A stretch of DNA of 63,230 nt, filler included, from Ministeria vibrans ATCC 50519 (Eukaryota; Protista; Filasterea), in the NCBI GenBank assembly GCA_943704425.1. It is 10 parts of 10 records of this genome, joined end to end, with 100 filler letters (N's around TTAATTAATTAA, not from the genome) between each part and the next. Parts side by side here need not be neighbours in the genome. Positions count along the whole stretch, not along the records: positions 12,893 to 14,881 come from CALSCP010000615.1; positions 14,982 to 42,625 come from CALSCP010000348.1; 8 more parts are not named here. One strand, given 5' to 3'. The translations under genes were made by a program, and so were the position numbers. Positions 13,083 to 27,202 of this stretch are shown here, piece after piece. The notes below the pieces were generated by a model that was not told where the DNA came from, searched no databases, and saw nothing but the letters and a program-made list of their open reading frames with translations. Numbering within the stretch: position 1 is the stretch's first letter; each line of letters opens with the position of its first letter.

Positions 13083-13409
13083 GTTGAATAAAATTGAAAT
13101 TGACGAGCTGGACGAATCAATGATATTCACTGGTTGTTGCTCTACTAATAGTCAAATGACATGTGAATGACATTTGACAAAAACAGTCAACAATTAAGCG
13201 TATTGACTATTGACTATTGACTAATGGCTATTGTAATTTGTAGACGTCTTGCGCAAGTCGTTTGAGGGCTTGATCACTAATTAATGTCGACTCGACTTGA
13301 CTGATATTTAATTCTTCGATCGTGCTTCGATCTGAAATCGTCTTTTATCGATCATTCTTTTTTTCACTCTCACATCGAAAAACTCCCCACGCTACTTTTA
13401 CAAACGAAC

Positions 13410-14881
<1,472 letters not shown>

Positions 14882-14981
14882 NNNNNNNNNNNNNNNNNNN
14901 NNNNNNNNNNNNNNNNNNNNNNNNNTTAATTAATTAANNNNNNNNNNNNNNNNNNNNNNNNNNNNNNNNNNNNNNNNNNNN

Positions 14982-17900
14982 GGGGGGGGAGGGGATGAGA
15001 AAACAAAGGGAGCCAAGCGAGCGGCGTACCCGAGGAGGTAACATCATTCCAGATGTTGTCAGTAAACTTGACACCTTTACGCTTCTGTCTCACATTACTG
15101 GGACCATCATCAAAAGGCAGGCTGCCAGACATGCTACACAGTCAAATGACAAGAAAAAAAATATGGGGGAAGGGTGAGACTGGTGATGCTAGACGAAGGA
15201 CGTACGCGAGAAAGAGCATGACACCCAAGGACCACATGTCGACGGCACACGTGTAGCCCGTGGCATCGCGTGACGGACCCTTCTCCATCACCTCAGGAGC
15301 TACAGAAAAGAATACAATATATATAATTATAAAAAGAGTGAGCGATGAGCAGCATCGCAATGCAAGCCAAAGACCATCGCCACTCATACAACTTACCGAC
15401 ATAGGCGGGAGTGCCGCAGACGCTCTTCATAAAAGTCGACTCACCGTACACCTTGGCAAACCCAAAGTCGCCAATCTTGACCATCAGATTGCGATAATCC
15501 TTCACATCACTGACAAAAAGAAGTAGGGAAAAAAAGTTAATACGCGTTCGACGAGAAAAAGAAAATACAAAAAAACAAAAAAAATCGACAGCACAAGACT
15601 TACACGTCGCGACCACCGGTGGTCAGCAGAATATTGTCGGGTTTGAGATCGCGATGGGAGATGCCGAGGTTGTGAAGATACTCGACGGCGAGCATGATTT
15701 GATAGAAAAAGAACTTGGCCTCGTGCTCGGCAAGCTTGGAGCGTGCGAGCGTGTAGTCAAGAAGATCACCGCACTCCATGAGCTCCATCACAATGTACAG
15801 GGTCCAATCTGTCTCAAACACCTCACAGATTTGTACAATGCCAAAGTGGTCGGCGCCCAAGAGAATGTCAATCTCCGACTGAAGGTCTTGCAGCAGCTTC
15901 TTGCGCATCATAAACCGTTTCTTGCTGATCGTCTTGACAGCACGGTGCTGACCTGTCAGTCGATGGCGACAGCGCGTCACAATGCCGAATTGACCGACAC
16001 CGAGAATCTTGCCCTCGTCCTGGTAGTTTTGAGTGTACTCGCCGGTGGGGCCGACGACGTCGCTCGACTCACGTTCGCGTGTGCACGGAACAATCAACAT
16101 GGGATCGGGTGCGCGCACGGGACCGGAGCCTCCATTGAGTGTGACCAGTTTGGTGGGCGGGCCACCGCGCAGCGTTGCGAGTGCCCGTCGCTTTGGCGGG
16201 TCGGTCAGGGGCACGTTTCGAATGGAGGGTGGAGGGGAAGAAGGTGACGGGGGTGAGATGAGAACATCGCCGGCGCTCAAAGTATTGTTGGATGCGCCAG
16301 GGGTGCTGGCCGCGGTGCAAGGTTTCGCTGCGTACAGCGTTGTCGGCGACGAGGGTGTGTCCGAGACAAATTCGCTCGAGTCCACGAGTGAGTCATCGTC
16401 AAATACACTGTTGTTGGGCGACGGCAGGTCGAGGGAAGGCTGCTGGGGCCGCAAGGGCAGGGCGCGCGTGGTAGGACCGCTTTGTGAGCGAGGCAAGTGG
16501 CTGAGATGAGGGGGCGACGAAGGGCCAACGGGCAAGTCGGGCAGGACGCGTTTGGAGGCGGAGTCGATACTAGAGAGACTCAAAGTGGTGTACATGGGTG
16601 GATAGTCGCTGCTGCCGTCGTGCGCAACAGCATGATCGTTGGAATCGGCGCTGTCGTAGCGAGTCGTCTCGTCGCCAACGAGAGTGTTGTCACGGGAGGC
16701 TTGTGCGACTGTGATGACACATGGTTGGAGGGGTTGGGGCTCGAGGGTGCGAATATTGAGGGTGGGCAGAACGCGACGTTGGGGAGCAGTGTCTGGGATG
16801 GCGGCGAGTGTCGTCTGCATGGCAAGTTCGTGTTCAAGTTCGGGCAGTGACGCGTTGCTCTCGCTCTCGCTACAGCTGAGAGGAGAGCCGCTCGTCTCCT
16901 CGGAGATGCGGCGGGAGCGCTGTTGAAACGGAGCGGCGTCTAATCGCAGATTGGTACCGGTGTCGGAGGGAGAGCGACGCCGTACAACACACGGCAATGC
17001 AAACTGGTGACACCGCTTGTGTGTGACAAATTTACACGCTTGACATTTGTAGCCCTAAAAAGAATCATAATAAATTTATAGAACAAGGAGAAAATAAAAA
17101 TAATTATTAGTAGTAATATAATAATAATAATAATAAAATAATAATAATAATTATTATTATTATTATTATTAATATTAATATTATTATTATGAATAGTTTG
17201 TTACTTGACGCGCGAGTCCCCAGACAAATTTGCCACAGTGATCACAAAAGGCAGGGCGCTTGAAAGAGGTGACGTAGAATCGATGGCCATTGATCATGTG
17301 CAGCTGTGGGGAAGCAAATCAATGAGTAAGTGCATAAAAGAAAGAAAAAGAAAGTAGAAAAAAAAAAGGAAGCATTACCTTTTTGTCGTTTTGCTCTTCG
17401 TTGGTCCAGTTGTCATCGGGATCAACGCCAATGTCATCGACAGACTGCAGGCCGTGGGTGACGCCTGTTTCCGGGTTGGTACTGTTACCGGAAACAGTTG
17501 AAGCGGTGGAAGAGGAGCGCGCGAGCATCGGCTTGGACTTGACACGACGCACATCGCGCCAAGCCGACGACGACAAAGCCGCCGACGGCACAGCAGAAGC
17601 CGCAGCAGCGGATGCCGCTACCGCCGCCACCGCCAACGACGACGACACAGACGCCGATGTTGACGCAACCGCCTGGGGCTGTAAATGGTGGGGAGAAAAA
17701 TAAAAGCAGCATGAGAGGAAGATGGGTAGAACGATAGTGAATTGATTCATACCTGAGACACGGCATTGGCAAAGGCATTGACAGACTCTTTGAATTGGCC
17801 ACGGCACCGATTGGAGCAGTAGCCAATACACTTTTGATGATATTCCTTTTTACATACTGAAAGGACAAGAGAATAAGAAGGAGAGATGGTGAAAATGGAG

Positions 17901-19453
17901 TAGTGTACCAACACAACGGATGCCATTGCGACCCATGCCCCAAATGAACTTTTTGCAGTATTCACAGCTGGCGGGTTTCTTCTGATCAATTGATTCAAAT
18001 TCATGGTGGCGCGGCTCTACAAAAACACATGTAAGTGAAGGCAGGCACGGTCCTCCATGAGCTCCTTGTAATGATGAATGTGTCGCTCTTTCTACTACGT
18101 TATCCTCCCTCGTTGATACTTTCACCACTTCTCTCTACCACTTTGTACATGCACACACCACGCATGCACATATACATACACTATCACTTATGTCCCTCTT
18201 CGCACTCTCACTCTCTCACCCCACTGAAACACACCACACATTCGCAAAACATACACTATCACTTTGTCCCTCATCTCACACCACACATGCACACACACAC
18301 ACACACACACACTTATCACGTTGTATGATTTTTTTTCTTCCTTTCTCTTTCGTTCACTCGTTCGGTCCTCTCTCATCTCTTACCACGTTCAGTGAGGGCA
18401 AACGATGGCTTGGGAGCCATGATGGGTCCTGTCGAGTGAGCTCGTTGTCGACCACGAACACCGGGTGAGTACGGCAGTGCACTCATGCGCATCCCTCGTG
18501 GACTTGTAGGTGGTGTGACGCCGGCGCGAATAGGCTGGTAAAGGACAAAAAGAGAGTTCAGGAGGAGCTTCCTTTGAGTGTGCGCGACACTCAATCGCGT
18601 CCCACTTACCCGACGCGTTGGGGCGTCGCGGACGTGCGAGCCACCGGGCACCTTCTCCTCCTCTTCTTCACGATTCGACGACGACGAGGGATACCGCGGA
18701 GAGATGACCTGAGCGAAGAAGAAAAAAGAACCACAGTTGAGGTGAGATGAGGCAGATGGAACGGAGAAGACAGACGGACAGGGAATAAATCTATGGTCAG
18801 TACTGCAAGGGCGAGTGTCCCGACTGCAACGGCGGNNNNNNNNNNAAAAAAAAAAAAAAAAGAAAAAAGAAGCCAAGGGTGGCAAGAGAGACCCTTGAAT
18901 GCACTTGTGCTGAAGAGGGTGCCAAGGACAGCCATGTGGCCTCCAGTAGGCACATGGAGCGTACCTCGATATCGGCTGCGAGACGAGGACTGGCCGTCAC
19001 GTCCATCGAGTGACGGTTTGCAAACCCGAGCCTCCTTTTCAGGGACAAGGCGATGCTCGAGTCCGACGACTCCGACACTACATGGAGAAGTAACATGGTA
19101 GTCAGTATAGCAAATCGGAGAAGCGGAATTGATGAATGAGGGGCGCTAGCGGACAAATTCGTGAGACAGATCAGAACGAGAGAACAGGCAAAAAAAAAAA
19201 AAAAAAAAAAAAAAAGCGATGAGTTGCTGACGAGTGACGACGGAAGAGCAAGAGAGGCGTCGATAAACAGCAAGAGAGGCACGCGAGGGGCGCTGGAAGG
19301 TTCTTGTGTGTGTGTGTGTGTGTAGAGAGGGAGGATGGGCTTGTAGCGGAGGAGTTGGGCGCGAGAGGAGAGAGTGAAGAGGATTCTCAGTTGTGCGGAA
19401 TTTGCATTACCAGAACCGCTTCGCTTTATGTCGTCCGATGAGGGATCCGACAT
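14982..19453 (-). CDS. Protein kinase D-like kinase (2 x C1 plus CAMK-group kinase domain), 3' truncated
   Basis: C1a HEFESIDQKKPASCEYCKKFIWG..C..|C..YHQKC; C1b HRFYVTSFKRPAFCDHCGKFVWGLARQ|GYKCQACKFVTHKRC. Kinase motifs ILGVGQFGIV, HRDLKPDNILL, KIGDFGFAK..GESTFMKSVCGTPAY, DMWSLGV and LSGSLPF. Confidence 0.88.
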
Positions 19454-19833
19454 GGCGGACGCGGGGAGGGATAAAAGGACGCGCGAGACAGCACAGTTAG
19501 AGTGAGTACAAAAAAAATGTATTCCTATTCATAATATTCTAAGTTCTGACGGTAGTCTGTCAGTTGTCACAACACCAGACCAGAGTGAACAGGCAGCATG
19601 CACAGTGGACAGCAAGCACGCTTTTTACATTTCCACTCCCTTCAGTCCTCAACCCTTCTCTCATTGCACTCTTTTTCAGCCGACGTGGACCGTAGTGTGG
19701 TTTTTTGTTTTTGTTTTTATTTCCCCTCGCTTTTCGCTACAACTACTGGTCCCAGCAGGAAAAACAGAACAGACAAAAGTTGAGACTGCGATGGCCGATG
19801 ATCATTGATCAACGAAGAATTAAGAAAGAATAA

Positions 19834-20827
19834 TCAATCGAAGGAAGATGAGGTGTAAGAGCTTGAGGGTGACTCGTAGTAGCTGGCTGGAGCTGCGCCT
19901 GTGGGCCCAACATGAGCGACGATGCTCCTCCTGAGGCCGGTGTCGACGACGGGGCGAGCGTTGCGTTCGAATCGAGAGATTTTCCAAAGAGACGAGCGCG
20001 TGCCGGAGGGGTCGACGCCGTCGGGCAAGGGCGGGCGCACATATGTATGGCCTCTCGACGCGATGGTGTCGCGAGAGGGAAAGAAGCGTGCCTTGGCCGC
20101 CTGTGCCTTGCGACGGCGCACCATGAGGCGATGATTTTGCTCATCGAGCCAATCCCACTGTTCACTCTGAGCCAACATGCTTGAGAGCGGCACGGCGTCG
20201 AGGGATTGTTGGCCTCGCGTGAGAGCGCGCTCTCTTGCACACTGGGCTGACGTCATGCCATACACGCGAGTGTGGGGTGCCGCCTGGGCCACCGCCTCTG
20301 CTGCCTTTTCCCTCCTTGTCATGCCGTAGTGTTCGCGCTCGTACCTCGTCGGGGGCGAGTGCCACTGTCGTCGATCCTACATTTATAGAGTTGGGAAGTT
20401 TCTTTTCAAGATGTTTAACTTGCCAGTATAGGCGTACCCATTTGTAATAAGGGGGCTGTACTTGACAACAAGAGTTTGTTGTTGCAGAGGTTGATGGGCG
20501 ATGGGTCGCAAAGCTGTGGATAACTGTAGGAGAATAGGTGAAGTAAAGGTTGCCATGGTTACTTCTTTTTCTTTCTTCTCCTTTCGCACAAAATTAAATA
20601 CCGTCTCCAGCGTACGCCGAACGAGCACTAGGCACTCCGTGCGTTACATAATTATCGTGCCTGGCACTTTGGGATGAAGATGAGCGTCCTACGGGCTGTG
20701 CTGGGCGAAAGCGTCGGGGGAGACCTTGAAATCGATCAGGGCGCCCGTCTGCACGTTCCGTCGTCTCATACGCCCCATCATGAGAGCGTGAGCTGCTGTA
20801 CGACGAGCTGTAGGACGGGCCAGACAT
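19834..20827 (-). CDS. Possible CFAP77 (DUF4483)-like axonemal protein (multi-exon)
   Basis: VYGMTS, PLSSMLAQSEQWDWLDEQ, DTIASRGH and SLWKISRFERNARPVVDT resemble the CFAP77 C-terminal pattern (P..DLL...Y...W..EQ; LW.M..F.KV..HLDT). Confidence 0.4.
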
Positions 20828-21085
20828 TGTAAGAGAAATAGTGGTTCACCGTTGTCTCGATGTGGTCTCGACCACTGAAATAACACAGACAAATAAATTC
20901 ATTAGATTTCACAATTTTAGTCAAAACTTAACGCTTTTCGCGAACATTGCCGCATCATGACTGTCATGACTGATGACGGTCTTCGATTTCGCTATGAAGA
21001 TATTTTGTCCAGGGGTGAGTGAAATGCTGTCCACTAGCAATTTTGAAACCTTTCTCACCCCATTCCTCAAGGCAATGCATCGCCT

Positions 21086-22152
21086 ATGGCCGTTCCGCAG
21101 CTCCACGTCGATCTCCGTAGACTCATAGTATCCCACGGATTGCCGCTCGAGACTGAAGAAGAACAGGTATATATGTGTGTGTGTGTGGGTTGATTTGAAA
21201 AGATGCGCTGTTTGATCTGTGTTTGAAATAGGGACGCCCAAGGGTGGAAGCGCCGTCGTTGCGAGCACGGCTGTGGAAGGTGCTACTGGGTGTTAGCCAT
21301 GTTGATGCGGATGCGTATGTTGCACTGGTGCGACGGGGGCGCGCCAGGGTGTACGAACACATTCGCAAGGATGTGCATCGAACGCTGAAGGACGATGCGA
21401 CCTTTGTCGAGCGAGTCGATCCCGTGTCGCTGGTGCGCATCCTGAATGCCATTGCACACTTGCACGGGAATCTGCCACCCCCTAAGAAGGAGGACGGGGC
21501 GGAGATGGGGGGCGACGAAGACGAAGACGAGATGAACTTTCTCGCCATGTATCGTGAGACGGACACGCGAATTGATAGAGACACGGGCGTCGACGAGGAG
21601 GCCACATCGATGCGCTTTTCGTATGTACAAGGCATGAATGTGTTGCTTGCACCCTTTCTGTGTGTCATGAGCGAAGTCGAAGCATTCTATGCGTTCGATC
21701 GGCTCATCACCACCTACTTGCCGACGTATGTGCAGCCGACGCTGCCGGGCGCCCATGTTGGAATTGATCTAATTGACCGGTGTTTGCAACGCTGCGACCC
21801 CGAGCTGCATGCCCACTTGGCACAGTGCGACCCCAAGCTGCTGCCTGTCTTTGCCTTCTCGCCCGTCCTGACACTGTCGGCGTCGCGCAAGCCCCTCGGC
21901 CAAGTGATTGTGTTGTGGGACTTTTTATTTGCAGGTGGGGTGCACCTCAATCTGTTGGTGGTCATTGCGCAGCTGCTGCTGCTGCGCCTGCCCCTCCTCG
22001 AGACCACTGCGCCCATGGCTGTTCTGCGAACCTCTCCCCGTCTCGACGCACGCACCCTCTCCCGTGGCGTTGTCGGCCTCGTGGGCCGTCTTGACGACGA
22101 AGACCTGTACCTTCAGCTCGTTCGCCATCCTCGTCATATGCGACCAACCTAA
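21086..22152 (+). CDS. BUB2: Bub2/Cdc16-type TBC-domain GTPase-activating protein
   Basis: LRRLIVSHGLP|..SLRARLWKVLLGV, YEHIRKDVHRTL, LVRILNA, SYVQGMNVLLAPFL, CLQRCDPELHAHL, VFAFSPVLTLSA and LWDFLFAGGVHLNLLVVIAQL. The start codon is uncertain. Confidence 0.8.
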
Positions 22153-22363
22153 ACAAATTAATGATAATTAGTATGATAATTAATGAACAACAGAAGAAAA
22201 GCGATTGTATTTGTAGTTGCGTTTCTTTGGTCGGAACAAAGAAAGAATCGAGTCGCCCGGCCATGTGCACTATGCGCCAAGGTTGCCTTGATGATGGCGA
22301 AAGTTTGTTTTTTGTTGTTTTAACGCAGAGTCGTAAAACACACACTGGGTGTTGAATATTTTA

Positions 22364-22441
<78 letters not shown>

Positions 22442-22523
22442 GCTATTATATTATTATGTTTACTATTTGCGACTGTGCATTATTACAATTTTCCACCCTC
22501 TTAATCCTTAACCCACTGGCTCT

Positions 22524-23203
22524 CTACTTCTTGGTCTTCTTAAAGACTTCTTTCTCAAACTCGTGGTTTCGCCAGGTGGCAATGTCGTCACGGAGCAGGT
22601 CGATGAAGCGGAGCGTGTCCTGGATGCGCTGTGACAGAGCCTTGCGCGCCGATCGCGCCTCGGCGAGTCCCTCGGGAATGATAATACCATCAATGCTTTC
22701 TGCCATCCGTTGCAGTTCCTCTTCGTGGCCAAGCGTGTCCTTGAGCACTCGCTCATACTGAGTCTCCATTTGCGCCTGAGACACGTAGCCTTTCTTAATT
22801 TCCTCTGCGCGCGTACGCAGTGTCTTCACCCGCGGCTCCACGTCTGCCTCGTGCCTTCGATCAAACACACGCAGCTTGCCTTGGTACACGGCATTCTCGT
22901 TTACGAGCGTTTTTCCCGTCAGCATCAACTGAGTAAGTGGAACGAGTCGGATAAGAGCCATTGTTTGTCATCATGTCATGGTTATTATACCTTTGCGCCA
23001 TTGACTAATCCTAGCGACGTCACAGAGGCTTCTGCATCACCCGTCCAGTGTCCTTTCCCGCCAGCAATGATGATTCGCATTGAGGACACCTCTAAGCCGG
23101 CAGCCTGAGCGGCACGACGACGGAATTCACCCATCGTCTCGGTGACGGCGACTTCCAAGTCGACTTTGCACGGCCTCAAATGCACAGTGATGGTGTTGCT
23201 CAT
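22524..23203 (-). CDS. BAG1: BAG1-like co-chaperone (ubiquitin-like domain plus BAG domain), 2 exons
   Basis: UBL segment ITVHL..GLEVSSMRII..GK..SVTSLGLVNGAK. BAG helices EEIKKGYV, EEELQRMAESIDGI and ARSARKALSQRIQDTL..IDLL. Confidence 0.75.
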
Positions 23204-23307
23204 TTCACGTTGAAAAGCGTTGACTCTCGAAGTGCTATAAAAGTAAAAAACGGAAGGTAAAGTGATTAAGTGAAGTAAGTAGTCGGGCAAGTATCACGAA
23301 ACAAACT

Positions 23308-23469
23308 AGAAGAAGAAGAATACAACCCATTTTTTCATTACAGTCACCAGATCTACAACAAAAGCACAAGTGCAATCGCTATCCAGTGAGGTAATCGCAA
23401 TGGTACGCCATACCCCCAGTGGAGGCTTAGGGCTCTGACAAGCTGTAACAGCTGTCTAACGAGTAAACA
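23308..23469 (-). mobile_element. Internally deleted, diverged copy of the dispersed repeat family
   Basis: (gaa)n tacaacccattt..tacagtcacca...gctatccagtgaggtaatcgcaatggtacgccatacccccagtggaggcttagggctctgacaa. Confidence 0.85.
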
Positions 23470-23582
23470 AACTAATCGAAGAAGTCAAGAAGTCAATCGA
23501 CATGAATTTTGAACTTTCAACTTTGGTCTTTGACTCATCACTCATCACTCAATTCAAATCAGATTAATTGTTCTTTTGAAAG

Positions 23583-24314
23583 ATGAACTGTGAAGACACC
23601 ATTTTGGTGATGCGAGAGTGCCTAGACGTGCTGGCGGACACGAGCGATGCGAAAAACGTCTTGGAGATTGCTGCCAAAACACAAACCATCGAACAACTAC
23701 AGACAGCGCGTGAGGAACAGATTAAAGACTCAATTAGAGGTAACATGTAGTTGAGTGAACCGATATACGCAGCAGCAGGGTCGAGAGAGAGTCCTTGTGA
23801 GACGCCCTTGGTTTGAAATAAGTTTGCTCGTTGCCTGCTCCCCTGCCTTCTGCGTGTTTCCGACTCTTTCTCTTTGCTCTACCACTACTAAATGTGCTTT
23901 TTTGTGCACTTGGGTGCAGTTGGGGTTCGCTTACCTGTCGTGGTTTGACGGGAAATTTTGAATTTTATTTTTGACATGAAAAATTCAAAATTTTCTTGTC
24001 TGGTCACTTCTCTTGATTACATAACCGGCATTCACTGACGACGTGTTGTCATTCTGCATGTAGCACTTGCGGCAACCGTCGAGAAGAAGAAACAGTCGAT
24101 GCCGGAGGTGGACTCAGAAGAGACGCACCAGGGTCGCTTGGAAGACATTGAAAACGAAAAGTTCAATGCGGCCAAGGCGATCACCCAAGGCGATCAGGAA
24201 TGCCAAGAACTCGAGGTACGCCCTCCTCAAAAACAAAGCACGATACTATATCCTCTTTATGACAACGGCACATGTCGTCCACTCTTCTGACATGTTAAAT
24301 GTGTTTGTTTGTGT

Positions 24315-24346
<32 letters not shown>

Positions 24347-24791
24347 ATTGTTGTGACTCTTAATGTTTCACTGATCTGTACGTAGGCTTCATTGAAAAAG
24401 CTGCGAGAAGAGATTGCGGTGCTTGAGGGCAAGAAAATGACAGTGAAGGAGACACAGGTGCAGGAGTTGCCTCGAGTCAAGTAAGTTTGACACAAACAGA
24501 AAATGTGATGCGTTGACGAACGAACATTCATTTAGACACTCCCTCTTGTTGTACTACAATGTGAGCAACATCAAGTGGAACTATGACGAGGAGACGCTCG
24601 TGAAAGGCTACGTAGTGCACAGCAACGAGTCTGACACAAGGTAAGAAATGTTTCATATTGGCAGTGATTTTTACCTGCTTTCTCACCATGTTTCTTTTTC
24701 CTTTCTTCTCTCTTGCTGTAGGCCGTTCTGCATGAACCCACAAAAATCCTCATCCTTTTTCATTTCAAATTATCTTTGGGACATGGTGTAG
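23583..24791 (+). CDS. SPC24: Kinetochore Ndc80-complex subunit Spc24 (5 exons)
   Basis: Coiled-coil N-terminus, then LPRVK|HSLLLYYNVSNIKWNYD..LVKG and RPFCMNPQKSSSFFISNYLWDMV*, the Spc24 RWD-like terminus. Confidence 0.8.
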
Positions 24792-24993
24792 AGCCACAGT
24801 AAAAATTCAAAAACTCACCTCAAAATTGAATTAGTATGAGAATAGCAACACAATAATAGTACTGAATACCTGAATAGTACTTGCATGTATAAGTTACATT
24901 GATGCATAACAATAAACAATTAAACATGCTTGGGTGATATGCNNAATAAATATTCTAATTCTAGTCACTTAACACTTTCTTTTATTAATTATT

Positions 24994-25397
24994 TTAATTC
25001 TTTATCAAGTCACTCGACAAGTGCCAAGTGCAGGGATACCACGTTAACCACAAGACAACTGACAACCACGCACACACAACAATGGAGGTAGCATAAATGG
25101 TCATCCGGTCTCGCGCGTCAAACCACCTTCGTTTCGCCCACTCGTACGCTCGAATGGCCTGCACTGTGGATGGTATTCGAGTTGGTCCAGCTATTTTCGC
25201 CGCTGCTGTCCGTGATTGCTCTTTTCGCAAGGAAATCGAAACCGAAAAAAAAAAAAAAAAAAAAAAAAAAAGGACACGTAAAGAAGTGTCGTTGGATTGC
25301 AGTCATCCTGCACGTGTGGGCGGTGTGTCGCGCCGTGCACCGCCCCCAAGCGGCTTCTGCCTCGTCGCTCCGCTGCTTCACTGCGTCTTCTCCCCAT
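24994..25397 (-). CDS. Small hypothetical protein with a C-terminal TM helix
   Basis: ORF 24994-25230 ends in MTIYATSIVVCAWLSVVLWLTW. A putative upstream exon is separated by a poly-T intron. Divergent from Sin3. Confidence 0.3.
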
Positions 25398-25429
25398 TAA
25401 GCAAGTCCGTTGCTCTCCCAGTCTTTCTT

Positions 25430-25463
<34 letters not shown>

Positions 25464-25632
25464 AAACTTGGCGCAAATCGAATCTTGCACGGCGGATTTC
25501 ATTGCATTCAGTCCGCTGAATGTGCACAGTGTCAACCATTGGCAAGATGTGATTGTTCGGAACCCTTTTCCTTTCGCGTCTCGCTAACTTTTTTTTTTCT
25601 CTTCGACTTTTTTTGACAGGGTGCTGGGTTCA

Positions 25633-27166
25633 ATGGAGGATATGCACCCGCGCAGCCAGGCCAGGATCCACCGGTACGCTGTTGTCTCTGTGCCCCATTG
25701 CGGCATGTGGCAAATCTCTATTCGCACTGCTGCGCGTTGCTGCAAAAGGCGCCGCGTCTCAGGGGTAGTCGACCGCGAATGGTGATGCTAACCCCGTGCC
25801 TTTCTTGCAGCCTCCGTGCCAGCGCCTCAAGGTCGAAGATGCTCTTTCTTATCTCGACCAAGTCAAGAACCAGTTTCAAGGGCAACCTCACGTACAAGAA
25901 GAAACGAAGAAGAAATAAAAAACGAATTTTAAATATGATACTCTTTTGTAGGTGTACAACCAGTTTCTGGAGATTATGAAGGAGTTCAAGCTCCAGTCGA
26001 TTGATACACCCGGCGTCATCAGCCGCGTGTCGTCGCTCTTTGAGGGAAATCCCGATCTGATCAACGGCTTCAACACATTCTTGCCGCCCGGCTACCAGAT
26101 TGAGGTGACAGCCGACGGTGTGGTCACGCACAACACGACCAACCCCAATGCGCCCACCACCACAACTGTGCACCCACTGAGTCATGCCGACGCCACTGCA
26201 ATGCACCAACAGCAACTCCAACAGCAACAGCAACAGCAACAGCAGCAGCAGCAGCAATCTCAACAGCCGACAATGGATCTGCAACAGCAACAGCAGCAGG
26301 CTATGATGTCGCCCTCGGCCGTGCCCAACGCCACCTATGTTGGCCAAGTGCCCATGATGGGTTCGCCACAACAGATGCAACAGGCGGCGCTTGCTCAACA
26401 ATCACCTATGATGTCACAGCCATCCGCATCGCAACAACAGCAGCTGGGCGCTGCGCCCAATGGCAAGCAGCCGGTCGAGTTCAACCACGCCATCAGCTAT
26501 GTGAACAAGATCAAACAACGATTTCAGTCTCAGCCCGACATCTACAAGGCATTCCTCGACATTCTGCAAACATACCAGAAGGAACAGCGCACCATCAAGG
26601 ACGTGTACCAACGCGTCGCGACCCTCTTCGAATCACACACGGACCTCCTTCAAGAGTTCTCTCAGTTCCTTCCCGAAGCTGCGCCCGTCGCTCAACGCAT
26701 GGGCCATCTTCCCATGTTCTCGCACGAACAACAGCAGTACCAAAACATGCTCGTGCAACAGCAACAGCAAGTCCAACAGCAACAACAACAGCCGATGCAA
26801 CAGCAGCAACAGCAAGCCGCAGCCTTTGGTGAGGGTGCCTTTTACAACGATAGCGACACGTACGCTCCGGCCACGGGTGGTCGACGCGGTGGAAATGCTC
26901 GTGGTGGTCGTACTTCTGCTGCCACTGGCAATTTCCGTCCCACTCCCATGGGCCTGGCGCAACAGCAAGGACAGCAGCTGCCTCAGGCACATTACTTCCA
27001 ACCCCCGTCCGGCCAACAGCAGCAGCAACAGCAACAACAACAACCACAACTTCCACCCAAGAAACGTTCTCGTCCCAACAGCAAATCTTCAGCGACCGCC
27101 ACAGCTGCAGCCGCAGCCGCAGCCTCGTCCAATGCGTACGCTGGTGAATTTCAATGGAGTCAACAA

Positions 27167-27202
<36 letters not shown>

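Noticed and set aside
19598-19808. Possible tiny spliced gene between the kinase and the CFAP77-like gene
   Set aside because: No recognisable product, and the splice model could not be fixed.
21086-24791. Cell-division gene cluster (Bub2 and Spc24)
   Set aside because: Only two genes, separated by BAG1; no shared motif seen, and chance proximity in a compact genome is sufficient.
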